64,000 nucleotides of DNA from Thermodesulfobacteriota bacterium (GCA_965205855.1 OZ242184.1:576001-640000), one strand, 5' to 3'; positions 19,939 to 30,519 are shown, counted from the first letter of the stretch. Numbers and translations: made by a program. The notes: generated by a model not told the origin, from the sequence alone.

Positions 19939-22814
19939 CACACGTCTTCCTTCTCCGCTTTGCGCAAAACGCCGTCTTTGAGCCTGCATATGTCGGAATA
20001 GGAACATGTGCCGCAAGGGCGGTCAGTTCTTTTCAGGAAAATCTTCCTTTCATACGGGAACCCATAAGGCTTTGCCACGGGAACAGGAGAGAAAAATCCT
20101 TGTTTTATGAGGTTGATATTGCTCCGCGCAAGATCCGTCGCCTCTTCAACGGGAATGCCGCCCCTGCCGTCTGCTGTTCTCGCGTTTTCTTCCCACGGTT
20201 TTTCCACCGAAACATAAGCCGCCGCCGCAGGTCTGATTTGAAGGTCCCGTGAGATTTGCCCTAGGTAGAGCGGAACCTGAACATTCGCGCGATCGCAGAA
20301 GGGGCCGGAGTGTTTCACCGACCCTTTCTTGTAGTCAACTACGCGCGCGCCTGCAGGCGATATGTCCATTCTGTCTAGTCTTCCCCTTATTTCAGTGCCG
20401 TCAATTTGAATAAGCACTTCGCTTTCAAAAAGCTCCGGTTTGAAATTTCCCTTCCGCATTCTTTCTTTTTCAAACTCTACAAACCTTCCAGCAATCAACC
20501 GCGCCCGCTCTTTTTGCAGTTTCCACACATCGTCCGACACGCGGCAGTGCAATTTTTTTGTCTCCGCGTCGTTCAGAAATTCGTGAAGAACCCTGTCCGT
20601 CTCGCTTGCCGTTTTTTCCCACGGGCTTGAGTCCGTTCCGTGGGAGAAAATATGTTTCAGCGCGGCGTGATAAAGCTTTCCCGTGTCAGAAGCGGCCGGG
20701 ATTTCTCCGGTTTTCGAAACTTCTTTGATTCCGAGGACATCCGAGCAGAAAAACATAAAGGGACATGTGCCGAATTTTTCCACGCCGCTCACACTCATAT
20801 TTTTCCACACACTTTCTTCGGTTTGAGGCACTATTCCCTCAAAGGCGCCGAATTTCCCTTCGGCGGCAAGGCGCTCATTCTCCGCCGCCGCTCCTTTGCC
20901 CGCAGTGTCGGCCAGGTTGAAAAACGGGTCGTTTTCCCGGAGCAGTTTTTCAAGAGATTTTGGAATTTTCCCCTCACGGTCAAACGCTTCGGCTCTCACC
21001 GATTCGGTGCAATAGGGGTTTTGAAGCAGTTCGGTCACATCGCGCTTCCGTTCTTCCATGACGGAGTTTTGAGCGAGTTCTTCAATAAAATGAGAGCGGT
21101 TTTTTCTTTCTCCTTCAGTGCCGGCAAGTGAAAAAGAGATATGCAATTCCTCATCCGCGCATGCGAGAACGGAATGCCATATCAACTTCTCGTCCTTAAA
21201 GTGAGCGGCGTCCGACGTGAGCGCGTCGAAGCCATAGCATCCGTTTATGAGTTTTTTTTCATCATCGTTGAAAATCGCGTTGCCGGGCGGCAACGGAAAC
21301 GATTGTTCGCAACAATCGAGAACAAAAACGATTGGATATGAGGTTCCCCGTGATTGGAGAGCATTCATAATCCGCACGCACGGCGCTCTGGAATGAGTTC
21401 TGAGAGAATAAGAACGCCCGATTAGAAGTTCGGAGAGCAGCCCGGAAAACTCCTCGTGCGTCAAGGTTTTTCCGCCCGTTTTTTTGCATAGAAAAGCCGC
21501 CTCTCTGAGAAGTTTCCTTGTTTCTTCAAACGAGCGGTCGCGCAGGGGATTTTGATACGCCCCGGTTTTGTCAATAAGGGACGAAAGCCCCTCAAACATC
21601 GTGCCTGCCGTAAGGGGACTGCAGTTTGTACAAAGAGCCTCAGACACCATATCTTTCAGTTCGGTTATTTTTGAAAGCGCTTTCTGGCTGTTCTGTGCGT
21701 TGCGCAGCGGTTTGGTAATTCGCTCAAAATCTTTCTCCTCCGTTTCGCGGCGCGCGCCGGTTTTGATGAACTCCGATTCCATCTCCGATATGGCTTCGGG
21801 GGCATTGTCAGTTTCGGCGAAAAAGGGTTCCAGCATCGGGTTTCTGAGCAGCCGTATAAACTCCGCGGCACCGAATCCGCTTTGCGCGGCGGCAAGAAAG
21901 TCTTTCAAAAGAACCGATATGCCCGAAGCCGAGCCGAGCCGGATTCCGGATTGAAAAGTGAATGGAACTCCGTTTTTTTTGAAAATCTCCGCTACTGCGT
22001 AGCTGACCGAAGACAGTTCGCGGATAATCACGGCAAAATCCTCCGGGCTTCTTCCGCCGTCAATCATTCTTCTTATTTCCGCCGCGGTAGAATCTGCCTC
22101 ATTTGTCATCAACGGAAACGGGGACAGAAAAATTCTCGGTTTGTCCGCGCCTTTGCGCGGTTGCGCGGTAACCAGCAGGGATGGTATGCCGCCGGTCTCC
22201 GCCGCCTCAAGAATTTTCAGTTGAGACGGCGTGAGACTGTGAAACCCCGCCGCGACTATCCTTGACACATTCGCGCATACGCCGTGGGTTTTTTTTGCCT
22301 CAATTTCTCCCGCGAGGCTCCGTAGCGCGATTGTGTCGTCAATCATCGAAAATTTTTCCACAAGCGCGTCAAACTCGGCTAAAATAGGCTCTATCGCGGC
22401 AAGTTTCTCAAACGTTTCTTTTGGCAGTTTCTCTTTTCCTTTCTCCAGAATTGAATATGCGCTCAAGCCTCTCTGCTTGAGTCTCGCGTTCAGCCTGAGT
22501 AGCAAGTCGCTCAATTCTGTCCCGAAACGGTTTTCCGAAGACCGGTTTTCCAGAGCCTTGCGCATCAGAATGGCTCTTCCCGTTCGTGAAAGAATCTGCT
22601 TTCGCCCGCTTCCAAGCGCGTTGTGGTTTCGCGCAAGGTCTACGAAAGTTTTTATGAACGGTGCCGAATCGGTGTTCGCAAACACTTTCTTCGCGTGCGC
22701 CACCGCCGGCATATCGGGCAGAATAAGCAGATCCCCGCCGGGACCCGGCTTAACATTCAGACCTTTCAGAGCGCCGCTTCGGTGAAGCGAACCGGAAAAA
22801 GAGATTGTTTTCAT
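19938..22814 (-). CDS. addB: AddB-like nuclease subunit with 4Fe-4S staple
   Basis: C-terminal nuclease RGRLDR.D..VVDYK, QVPLY; Cys ligands CPF ... CGTCSYSDIC; directly upstream of addA. Confidence 0.8.
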   Translation of the reverse strand: MKTISFSGSLHRSGALKGLNVKPGPGGDLLILPDMPAVAHAKKVFANTDSAPFIKTFVDLARNHNALGSGRKQILSRTGRAILMRKALENRSSENRFGTELSDLLLRLNARLKQRGLSAYSILEKGKEKLPKETFEKLAAIEPILAEFDALVEKFSMIDDTIALRSLAGEIEAKKTHGVCANVSRIVAAGFHSLTPSQLKILEAAETGGIPSLLVTAQPRKGADKPRIFLSPFPLMTNEADSTAAEIRRMIDGGRSPEDFAVIIRELSSVSYAVAEIFKKNGVPFTFQSGIRLGSASGISVLLKDFLAAAQSGFGAAEFIRLLRNPMLEPFFAETDNAPEAISEMESEFIKTGARRETEEKDFERITKPLRNAQNSQKALSKITELKDMVSEALCTNCSPLTAGTMFEGLSSLIDKTGAYQNPLRDRSFEETRKLLREAAFLCKKTGGKTLTHEEFSGLLSELLIGRSYSLRTHSRAPCVRIMNALQSRGTSYPIVFVLDCCEQSFPLPPGNAIFNDDEKKLINGCYGFDALTSDAAHFKDEKLIWHSVLACADEELHISFSLAGTEGERKNRSHFIEELAQNSVMEERKRDVTELLQNPYCTESVRAEAFDREGKIPKSLEKLLRENDPFFNLADTAGKGAAAENERLAAEGKFGAFEGIVPQTEESVWKNMSVSGVEKFGTCPFMFFCSDVLGIKEVSKTGEIPAASDTGKLYHAALKHIFSHGTDSSPWEKTASETDRVLHEFLNDAETKKLHCRVSDDVWKLQKERARLIAGRFVEFEKERMRKGNFKPELFESEVLIQIDGTEIRGRLDRMDISPAGARVVDYKKGSVKHSGPFCDRANVQVPLYLGQISRDLQIRPAAAAYVSVEKPWEENARTADGRGGIPVEEATDLARSNINLIKQGFFSPVPVAKPYGFPYERKIFLKRTDRPCGTCSYSDICRLKDGVLRKAEKEDV

Positions 22815-22916
22815 AAATGACTCTCAGGCAGAGAGTATAAAAGAGACCTTGAGACATTGAAATTCACATACATACAATCACGCACAAAGCGACGGCAAGT
22901 CCGTGAATTTTTGCCG

Positions 22917-22993
22917 TGGCGTCCCCGGAGGGATTTGAACCCCCGACCCCAGGATTAGGAATCCTGTGCTCTGTCCAGCTGAGCTACGGGGAC
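22917..22993 (-). tRNA. tRNA-Arg(CCT), CCA encoded
   Basis: Reverse complement GTCCCCGTAGCTCAGCTGGACAGAGCA-CAGGA-TTCCTAA-TCCTG...GGTTCAAATCC..CGGGGACGCCA. Confidence 0.97.
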
Positions 22994-23101
22994 TTTGAAA
23001 CGAGACGCCGCGCGGAGCTATTCTAACCACCTTCCCGCCATATTTGAAAGTCGTAGAAAATTAGCCGCACTATATCTTGATTTTTAGCCATGCTTTATGT
23101 T

Positions 23102-23123
23102 AAAGTTAACTATACCTAAATTT
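23102..23123. promoter_or_regulatory. Putative DtxR/MntR-family operator
   Basis: Imperfect palindrome AAAGTTAACTATACCTAAATTT (8 of 11 pairs) with an ACCTAA half-site, 12 nt before the regulator ATG. Confidence 0.55.
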
Positions 23124-23135
23124 TTGGGGGAATGC

Positions 23136-23846
23136 ATGTTCAATCAGACCACTCAGGACTATTTGAAGGTTATCTACAAACTCGGAGAAAACTCGGAGAG
23201 GGTTTCCACCAAATCCATAGCGGAAACTCTCAAGGTTTCCGCTCCGTCCGTTACGGAGATGACAAGAAAACTCGCCGCGAAAAAACTGCTTGTCTATAAA
23301 CCGTATCGCGGAGTTGAGCTCACAAAAGCGGGAGAGAAGATAGCCATTGAGATGATAAGACACCACAGGCTCATAGAACTTTACCTTCAGGAAGCTCTCG
23401 GAATTCCGTGGGACAAAGTTCATGAAGAGGCAGAAAAATGGGAGCATTTTATATCCGAAGACATAGAAGACAGAATTGACGAGAAGCTCGGATTTCCAAA
23501 GGTTGACCCTCACGGGGCGCAGATACCCACGCGTAGCGGCGTGTTGCCGATACGGAGAAAATGCGAGGGTCTGCAAACCCTTGAGGCGGGAGACAAGGGT
23601 GTTGTGGCGGAGGTGAGTGACCATGATTCGGAACTGCTCGGCTATCTAGGGAACATAGACGTGTTTCCCCGCAGCGTTGTTGAGGTGAAATCCGTGGAGC
23701 CGTTTGAAGGCCCCATGACGATAATGGTGAACGGACGCAAGCGCGTCATAGGAAGGAATATAGCGATGTATATATCTATTACGGAAGTGGAGAGGAAAAC
23801 GGCGGAGACCGGAAAAACCGCAAAAGCCGCGGGTGGAAAAAGATGA
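23136..23846 (+). CDS. mntR: DtxR/MntR-family metal-dependent repressor with FeoA-like C-terminus
   Basis: QDYLK.IY, VSAPSVTEM, RHHRLIE.YL, VHEEAE.WEH, DPHGA.IP. Confidence 0.88.
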   Translation: MFNQTTQDYLKVIYKLGENSERVSTKSIAETLKVSAPSVTEMTRKLAAKKLLVYKPYRGVELTKAGEKIAIEMIRHHRLIELYLQEALGIPWDKVHEEAEKWEHFISEDIEDRIDEKLGFPKVDPHGAQIPTRSGVLPIRRKCEGLQTLEAGDKGVVAEVSDHDSELLGYLGNIDVFPRSVVEVKSVEPFEGPMTIMVNGRKRVIGRNIAMYISITEVERKTAETGKTAKAAGGKR

Positions 23847-24835
23847 GACTTGCCGCTTTTCTCGCGACAGTTGCCGTGTTGCTTTCCCCTTACCCTGCAG
23901 GCGCTCATGACCTTGTCGCGACGCATGTGCACGGCGGGATAAAAGTTGTTTCCACAACGGGAATTGTCAACGACGTTGTTACCAATATCGGAGGCGACAG
24001 GGTTTCGGTAAAATTTCTCATGGGACCGGGAGTTGATCCTCACCTTTACAAGGCAACCGCCGGGGACATTAAAACGCTTGCCGGAGCGGATGTTATTTTC
24101 TATCACGGGCTCCACCTTGAAGGGAAGATTTCCGATGTTCTGGAAAGTATGGACAAAAGGCGGATAAAAACCGTCGCAGTTTCGCGCGATATTCCCGAAT
24201 CAATGCTAATTCCCGTTGGTAAAAAAGGCGTTTTTGACCCCCACGTGTGGTTTGATCCGCATTTGTGGATTTTCGCCGTTCGCGCGGTGTCGCAGACGCT
24301 TTCAGAGATGGACCCCGCAAACGCCGGTTTCTACTCGGAAAACACCCGGAACTATATTGCGAAACTTCTTGAACTTGACAGGTATGCGGAAAAGATGGTT
24401 TCCGCGGTTCCGGAAAACAAGAAATTCATTGTAACCTCGCATGATGCTTTCGGATATTTTGCCAGAGCTTACGGGTTTAAGGTAACGGCGCTTCAAGGTG
24501 TCAGCACGGTTTCCGAAGCTTCAATCTCCGATGTTCATCACACAGTGAAAACAATAATAGACAAAGGTCTTCCCGCTATTTTTACGGAATCCTCAATTTC
24601 CCCAAGGTATATCAATACGGTAAAAGAGGCGGTGGAATTTTCTGGCATGTCGGTCAAAATCGGTGGCAAGCTCTACTCTGACGCTCTCGGAAGCCCGGAG
24701 TCCCGTCAGGGAAGTTTCTACGGAATGTTTAAACACAACGTTGACACCATCTGCTTTTCTCTTTCGGGCGGTGCGAGCCGTGAACTCGCCGTGGCTCCGG
24801 GGAAAGAGTTTCCAGAAGCGAAGCAGTATCGTTGA
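23843..24835 (+). CDS. Mn/Zn/Fe ABC transporter substrate-binding protein (TroA-like)
   Basis: GPGVDPHLY, DPHVW, TSHDAFGYF, YSDALG. Confidence 0.92.
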   Translation: MRLAAFLATVAVLLSPYPAGAHDLVATHVHGGIKVVSTTGIVNDVVTNIGGDRVSVKFLMGPGVDPHLYKATAGDIKTLAGADVIFYHGLHLEGKISDVLESMDKRRIKTVAVSRDIPESMLIPVGKKGVFDPHVWFDPHLWIFAVRAVSQTLSEMDPANAGFYSENTRNYIAKLLELDRYAEKMVSAVPENKKFIVTSHDAFGYFARAYGFKVTALQGVSTVSEASISDVHHTVKTIIDKGLPAIFTESSISPRYINTVKEAVEFSGMSVKIGGKLYSDALGSPESRQGSFYGMFKHNVDTICFSLSGGASRELAVAPGKEFPEAKQYR

Positions 24836-25614
24836 GCGGGCGATATCAGAGAGAGGCGGCAAATCCCCTTGAAATTGAGGGGTTGACGGTTTCATACTCC
24901 GGAAACGTTGTTCTGTGGAATGTTTCGGTCTGTGTTCCCCGCGGTGCTTTAATGGCTGTTGTCGGTCCCAACGGAGCGGGCAAGACGACTCTGATAAGAG
25001 CGGTCCAGAACCTTTTGCCGAGAGCCGCCGGAAGGGTTTCTGTTTTCGGGGATTTCTATGAAAACTGCAGGAACAGGGTCGCGTATGTCCCTCAGCGCCA
25101 GAGTATTGACTGGAACTTTCCGGCAAGTGTTTCCGATGTTGTTCAGATGGGAACATATTCGTCCCTTGGTTGGATAAAAAGGCCGGGAGTTCGGGAGAAA
25201 AGAAAAACCTTTCAGGCACTTGAGAGAACCGGAATGGAGGAATTTTCCGACCGGCAAATAGGCGAGCTTTCTGGCGGACAGCGGCAGAGAGTTTTCATAG
25301 CGCGCTCTCTTGTTCAGGACGCGGACCTGTACCTGATGGATGAGCCGTTTGCGGGTGTTGACAAAACCACCGAAGGGGCAATTGCGCGGCTTATGGGGGA
25401 AATGAGAGAAGGTGGCAAAACAATAGTTGTTGTGCACCATGACCTTCAAACCGTTGCCGACTACTTTGACCGTATAATGCTGCTGAACCGCAAGGTTGTC
25501 GCGAGTGGGGAAGTCGGCAAAGTTTTTACCGATGAAAACATCCGCGTCGCCTACGGTTCGGGGGGGACGATTTTACGGCGGGAGAGACACTGGAAAGATG
25601 TGGTTTCCCGCTGA
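24832..25614 (+). CDS. Metal ABC transporter ATPase (TroB-like)
   Basis: GPNGAGKT, LSGGQRQR, DEPFAGVD, VHHDL. Confidence 0.93.
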   Translation: MSGRYQREAANPLEIEGLTVSYSGNVVLWNVSVCVPRGALMAVVGPNGAGKTTLIRAVQNLLPRAAGRVSVFGDFYENCRNRVAYVPQRQSIDWNFPASVSDVVQMGTYSSLGWIKRPGVREKRKTFQALERTGMEEFSDRQIGELSGGQRQRVFIARSLVQDADLYLMDEPFAGVDKTTEGAIARLMGEMREGGKTIVVVHHDLQTVADYFDRIMLLNRKVVASGEVGKVFTDENIRVAYGSGGTILRRERHWKDVVSR

Positions 25615-26488
25615 CCTGTTTCCGAACTATACGGTTGCCGTGGTTGTGTCCGGTTCGATTTTTCTCGGACTCATTGCCGGCGCTTGCGGGACGGTTGTTT
25701 TTGTAAGAAAGGAAAGTCTCCTTGCCGATGCGGTTTCGCACGGATGTCTTCCGGGAATAGTTCTCGGCTTTATGGTTGCCGGCGCGAAATCACACGCCGC
25801 TTTGCTTGCGGGCGCCTTTATCTCCGCGCTCCTGACCGCGGGTTTTATCCGTCTTGCGCGCAAAAACCCTACAATCAAATTTGACAGCGCGCTTGCGATG
25901 GGTGTGTCAATTTCTTTCGGAATCGGCATTGTTTTGCTCACGGCGGTTCAGTCAAGCGGCATGTCGGGGCAGGCAGGGCTCGACAGGTTTCTGTTCGGTC
26001 AAGCGAGTGCGATGTCGCTTGGAGATGTTAAAACCATCTTTCTGGTCGCGGCCGTTTGTTTTATCCTGCTCGCGTTTTTTTGGAAGCAAATCAAGATATT
26101 GTGCTTTGACCGAGAATATGCGCAAAGCGCGGGATTTAGAACCCGTGCGACGGGTTTTTTTCTTAACACGATACTGGTTTCCACGATTGTAATCGGGATT
26201 GAAACGGCCGGCGTGGTGCTCATGTGTTCGATGCTGGTGGCTCCCGCAATCGCGGCAAGGCATCTGACCAATAAAATGGGCGCAATGGTTGCCGTTGCGG
26301 CGTTTATCGGAGCGGTGTCGGGTGCGGTGGGAGCGACCGCAAGCTGGCAATTCGCGAAACTCCCCGCCGGTCCCGCAATTGTCATCTGCGTTACGTTTCT
26401 CGCGCTTTTGTCTCTTCTTTTCGCGCCCGCAAACGGAATCATTACGGGGCTGTTGAAGACGCGGAGAACAACTGAAAATGAGTCATGA
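25598..26488 (+). CDS. Metal ABC transporter permease (TroC-like)
   Basis: SLLADAVSH..LPG, LFGQA, FD..YA; strongly hydrophobic. Confidence 0.9.
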   Translation: MWFPADLFPNYTVAVVVSGSIFLGLIAGACGTVVFVRKESLLADAVSHGCLPGIVLGFMVAGAKSHAALLAGAFISALLTAGFIRLARKNPTIKFDSALAMGVSISFGIGIVLLTAVQSSGMSGQAGLDRFLFGQASAMSLGDVKTIFLVAAVCFILLAFFWKQIKILCFDREYAQSAGFRTRATGFFLNTILVSTIVIGIETAGVVLMCSMLVAPAIAARHLTNKMGAMVAVAAFIGAVSGAVGATASWQFAKLPAGPAIVICVTFLALLSLLFAPANGIITGLLKTRRTTENES

Positions 26489-27575
26489 GATTGAAATACA
26501 AATAATAGCCGTTCTTGTGGCGACAGGGTGCGCGACTGTGGGAATTTTTCTGGTCCTTCAGGGAAAGGCGATGATAACCGATTCCGTGAGCCATTCAATT
26601 CTTCCGGGCATAGCGGCGGGATTTCTTTTAAGTGGCAGTTTGTCATCCCCTCTTCTTGTTTTCGGCGCGCTCGTCGCGGCTGCCGCAAGTGCGGTTTGCT
26701 CCGAAGCTCTGTCCCGCGGCAGGCTGATGTCAAAAGACTCATCCATCGCTTTTGTCTATCCGTTTCTTTTCAGCATCGGAGTGGTTCTGGTTTCCGGATA
26801 TGCCGGCAATGCCCATCTGGATGTTGATGCGGTTTTGCTCGGAGAGATAGTGCTTGCTCCGCTTGACAGAATTGTAGTCGGTGGAAATGACCTGGGACCG
26901 GTTTCTCTATATTCATCCGGCGCGGTCGTGCTTATGAACGGGGTTTTTGTCGCCTTGTTTTACAAAGAGCTGAAACTGCTGACCTTTGATCCGGAAGCCG
27001 CGAAGGCCGCCGGGTTTTCGGGCTCCGTTCTGCTCCCGGTATTTTCAACGATAGTTTGTATTACTTGCATTGTATCTTTTGAGGCGGTTGGCTCCGTTTT
27101 GCTTATAGCACTTGTAGCTACGCCTCCTTGCTGCGCGCTGCTTCTGACAAACAGACTTAGCGTGGCGGTTGCCTTAAGCCTTATAATCGCGGGTTGCGCG
27201 GCCGTTGCGGGTTTTCACGCGGCGGTTTTCTGGAACACCAATATTGCCGGAGCCATTACCTCGACTCTGGGAGCGGTTTTTCTTTTAATTCTTGTGTTTG
27301 CCCCGGAAAAGGGAGTTGTGTCTCGCGTGATTGAAAATCGAAGGAGGAGAAAGGAGATTGAAACCGCTTTTCTGCTTGAGCATATGGCGCGCGGAGCGGA
27401 ACGCAAAGATATCCAAACCGTTTGCCGGGAGATTATGTGGAAACGGGAGTCGGCTCTTGCGGTCGTACAGCGGGCGCAGAAAAAAGGTTATGTTGAAACG
27501 GACGGGCGGACAATAAGGATTATGGAGCCTGGAAGAGATGCCGTGCAAGCCTTTGCCTCGCGTTTCAACTTGTAA
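26478..27575 (+). CDS. Metal ABC transporter permease (TroD-like) with C-terminal winged-helix-like tail
   Basis: DSVSHSILPGI, HLDVDAVLLGE, YKELKL.TFDP; soluble C-terminal extension of about 80 aa. Confidence 0.9.
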   Translation: MSHEIEIQIIAVLVATGCATVGIFLVLQGKAMITDSVSHSILPGIAAGFLLSGSLSSPLLVFGALVAAAASAVCSEALSRGRLMSKDSSIAFVYPFLFSIGVVLVSGYAGNAHLDVDAVLLGEIVLAPLDRIVVGGNDLGPVSLYSSGAVVLMNGVFVALFYKELKLLTFDPEAAKAAGFSGSVLLPVFSTIVCITCIVSFEAVGSVLLIALVATPPCCALLLTNRLSVAVALSLIIAGCAAVAGFHAAVFWNTNIAGAITSTLGAVFLLILVFAPEKGVVSRVIENRRRRKEIETAFLLEHMARGAERKDIQTVCREIMWKRESALAVVQRAQKKGYVETDGRTIRIMEPGRDAVQAFASRFNL

Positions 27576-27624
27576 AACGGCTTGCGTTCGCATCCTTTGC
27601 TGTGTTAGGTTATAGGACGGTCAA

Positions 27625-27921
27625 ATGACGAAATCGGAAATCAGCAGAAAAATATCCCATAAATTCAAACTTTCAAAAAGCGATGCGGACAAGGTTCTCA
27701 ATACTATAACGGACGGTCTTTTCAAAGCCGTCAGTTCCGGGGCGCGCGTTGAAATCAGAGGGTTTGGAAGTTTTTACACAAAGCAGTGTAATTCTTACAC
27801 CGGAAGAAATCCGCGCACCGGAGAGAAAGTGGAAGTGGAGGCGAAAAGACTTCCGTATTTTAGACAGGGAAAAGAGATCAAGTCGGTTTTTAAAAAAATG
27901 TCCGAGCGGGAATCCGACTGA
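27625..27921 (+). CDS. ihfB: Integration host factor beta / HU-family DNA-binding protein
   Basis: MTKSE, RVEIRGFGSF, GRNPRTGE.V, PYFR.GKE. Confidence 0.8.
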   Translation: MTKSEISRKISHKFKLSKSDADKVLNTITDGLFKAVSSGARVEIRGFGSFYTKQCNSYTGRNPRTGEKVEVEAKRLPYFRQGKEIKSVFKKMSERESD

Positions 27922-27933
27922 TAAAATGCTAAA

Positions 27934-28533
27934 ATGGCTTTACTGGACATTCTCCTTTATCCCAATCCCAAACTGAGAAAAAAAAGCGCTCCAATCGGGG
28001 AGATTAACGAAGATATCCGCCTTCTTCTTGACGATATGCTGGAGACCATGAAGAACGCTGAAGGGATAGGCATTGCCGCGCCGCAAGTCGGCAGAAACGT
28101 GCGGGTTGTCATTGTTACATACGCACACGATCGCGAAGAAAAGGAAAATGAAGCCGGTGAACACGCGAAAGCCGACATGCCCGTGATTGAAATGGTAAAC
28201 CCTGTTATCAAAAAATCTTCCGGCGAAGAATACGAGCCAGAGGGATGCCTGAGCATTCCGGGCTTTGTCGCCGAGGTGAAAAGAAAGGAGAAGATTGAGG
28301 TTGAATGGCTTTGCCGGAACGGGGAAAAGCGCCATATGCTTGCGTGTGGACTGACCGCAAGGATAATCCAGCATGAAACAGACCATCTTGACGGCATTCT
28401 TTTTGTTGATCGGTTGGGCGCATTGAAAAAAGAGATGATGCTGAAAAAGATGGACAGGGCTTTTTCGGACGATTCCGGCTCTTCCCGTCGTGCTGAAGAA
28501 GGCGCAAAGAGTGGACGGGGACAATCCAAATGA
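27934..28533 (+). CDS. def: Peptide deformylase
   Basis: GIGIAAPQVG, EGCLS, QHETDHLDG. Confidence 0.96.
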   Translation: MALLDILLYPNPKLRKKSAPIGEINEDIRLLLDDMLETMKNAEGIGIAAPQVGRNVRVVIVTYAHDREEKENEAGEHAKADMPVIEMVNPVIKKSSGEEYEPEGCLSIPGFVAEVKRKEKIEVEWLCRNGEKRHMLACGLTARIIQHETDHLDGILFVDRLGALKKEMMLKKMDRAFSDDSGSSRRAEEGAKSGRGQSK

Positions 28534-29693
28534 TATTTCCCAAAAATATCAAACTGTCGGAACTGGCGGACGGTCTTGCCCCTTTCTATGTGATGGAGAT
28601 GCTTGAAAGGGCGAAAAAAATGGAGGACGCTGGAACCGATGTGGTTCATCTTGAGGTTGGCGAGCCACATCTTCGGACGCCGTCCGATGTATGCGCCGCC
28701 GCGGTTTCGTCCATAAACAAAGGGGAAACCCGCTATTCGCCAAGCGGTGGAATTGAGGCTCTCAGAGAAGAGATAGCGCACGTTTATAACTCAAACTACG
28801 GTCTGAAAGTTGCTGCAGACAATGTGATGGTAACCTCCGGAAGCTCGCCCGCTCTTCTTCTCGCGATACTGTGTCTTGCAAATCCGGGCGATGAAATTAT
28901 TATCACAGACCCTCACTACGCTTGCTATCCCGGAATAATAAAAGCCGCGAGCGCGGTTCCCGTAACCGTTGAGATATACGCCGAAGAAAACTATCAGATA
29001 GACGCGCAGCGGTTGAAGAAAGCACTTACTCCGGCAACAAAGGCGATAATACTGAACTCTCCCGCGAACCCGACAGGGGCGGTTCTTGACGAAAGTGTTG
29101 TGGAGTCAATCTGCTCTTTGGGAATTTTCATCATATCGGACGAGATATACCATGGGCTTGAATACGGAGGAAAATCAAAATCCATTCTCAATCACACCGA
29201 TTATGCGGTCGTCGTGAATGGATTTTCAAAACTGTGCTCAATGACCGGCTGGAGACTCGGATATATGATAGCACATGAAGAGTTGATACGTTCGGCGCAA
29301 AAAATTCAGCAAAATCTTTTCATATCACCCAACCCTTTTGTTCAGCAAGGCGGGCTTGTCGCCCTGAAAAAGGTTTTTCCGCAATCCGGTCAAATTGCCG
29401 CGACATATTCAACGCACAGGGACGCGATGGTTCAATCCCTACGCGGTATAGGTCTTTCGCCGTGCGGAGACCCGCGCGGCGCTTTCTACCTGTTTGTGAA
29501 AATGCCTGCGGGCGGGGAGGATTCCCGCTCTCTTGCGTTTGACATTCTTGAGAAATCCTTTGTTGCAGTTACTCCCGGAATTGATTTTGGAAGCAAAGGC
29601 GAGGGGCATTTGCGCTTTTCGTACGCGACCTCTGTTGAGAATATTAACAAGGGAATAAAAAGGGTGGGCGAGTGTTTGCGGGATTTTTCCTGA
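28530..29693 (+). CDS. PLP-dependent aminotransferase class I/II (aspartate aminotransferase-like)
   Basis: GEP, NSPANPTG, SDEIY, GFSK..SMTGWRLG, LRFSYA. Confidence 0.92.
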   Translation: MIFPKNIKLSELADGLAPFYVMEMLERAKKMEDAGTDVVHLEVGEPHLRTPSDVCAAAVSSINKGETRYSPSGGIEALREEIAHVYNSNYGLKVAADNVMVTSGSSPALLLAILCLANPGDEIIITDPHYACYPGIIKAASAVPVTVEIYAEENYQIDAQRLKKALTPATKAIILNSPANPTGAVLDESVVESICSLGIFIISDEIYHGLEYGGKSKSILNHTDYAVVVNGFSKLCSMTGWRLGYMIAHEELIRSAQKIQQNLFISPNPFVQQGGLVALKKVFPQSGQIAATYSTHRDAMVQSLRGIGLSPCGDPRGAFYLFVKMPAGGEDSRSLAFDILEKSFVAVTPGIDFGSKGEGHLRFSYATSVENINKGIKRVGECLRDFS

Positions 29694-29778
29694 GCGTCTG
29701 CCGGGTGGTGTAGAATGTTTTTCCGCACAGAATATGACGAGTCCGGTGAAATTTGAACGGTCAGGAGAGCAATCTGCC

Positions 29779-30519
29779 ATGAGTTGGGATGTCGGCAAAT
29801 ACAACCTTCACGCTTCCTATGTTTACCAAATAGGCGAGAGGCTTCTGGAAGCGCTTGACCCGCGCCCGGGTGAAAACATCCTTGATTTGGGATGCGGAGA
29901 CGGAACCGTGTCCGGAAAAATAGTTGAACGCGGCGCCAGGGTGCGTGGCGTGGACGCGAGCCCGGAAATGGTTGGCACTTGCCTGAAAAAAGGGATTGAC
30001 GCTTTAGTTGCGGATGCTCACAACCTGAGTTTTGAGGCAGGGTTTGACGCTGTTTTTTCCAATGCGGCGTTGCATTGGATGAAACGGCCTGGTGATGTGA
30101 TACGCGGTGTGTTTCGCGCCTTGAAATCGGAGGGGCGTTTTGTGGGAGAATTTGGCGCGTGGGGAAATGTCCGAAAAATCACAGAGGCGATAGCGGACGC
30201 ATTGAAGCAATTCGGGCTGGATTACGGTGCTCTGAATCCGTGGTACTTTCCTTCACGCAGAGAATACAAAAAAAAACTTGAAGACGGCGGTTTTGCTGTT
30301 GAGTATATACGGACCTTTCCGCGTTCCGTTGAGTTGCCCACTGGAATTACGGGTTGGCTTGAGACTTTCGCATTTGCTTTTTTGAAGGAAATTGCGGAAG
30401 AAGAGCGGGAATCGTTTCTGAAAACGGTTGTGGAAAATACAAGACCCGCCCTGATGAAACCCGGCGGCATTTGGCATGCGGACTATGTGAGATGCCGTTT
30501 TAAGGCCGTGAAGCCCTGA
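29779..30519 (+). CDS. Class I SAM-dependent methyltransferase (alternative start 29734)
   Basis: LDLGCGDG, FDAVFSNAALHW, ADYVR; AGGAG before 29779. Confidence 0.88.
   Translation: MSWDVGKYNLHASYVYQIGERLLEALDPRPGENILDLGCGDGTVSGKIVERGARVRGVDASPEMVGTCLKKGIDALVADAHNLSFEAGFDAVFSNAALHWMKRPGDVIRGVFRALKSEGRFVGEFGAWGNVRKITEAIADALKQFGLDYGALNPWYFPSRREYKKKLEDGGFAVEYIRTFPRSVELPTGITGWLETFAFAFLKEIAEEERESFLKTVVENTRPALMKPGGIWHADYVRCRFKAVKP

Noticed and set aside
22815-22993. Integrative element at tRNA-Arg (or at tRNA-Lys/Glu)
   Set aside because: Flanked by core genes; no integrase and no duplicated tRNA 3' end was seen in the window.
23097-23135. Longer N-terminus of the DtxR/MntR regulator
   Set aside because: This stretch contains the probable operator, and family similarity starts at ATG 23136.
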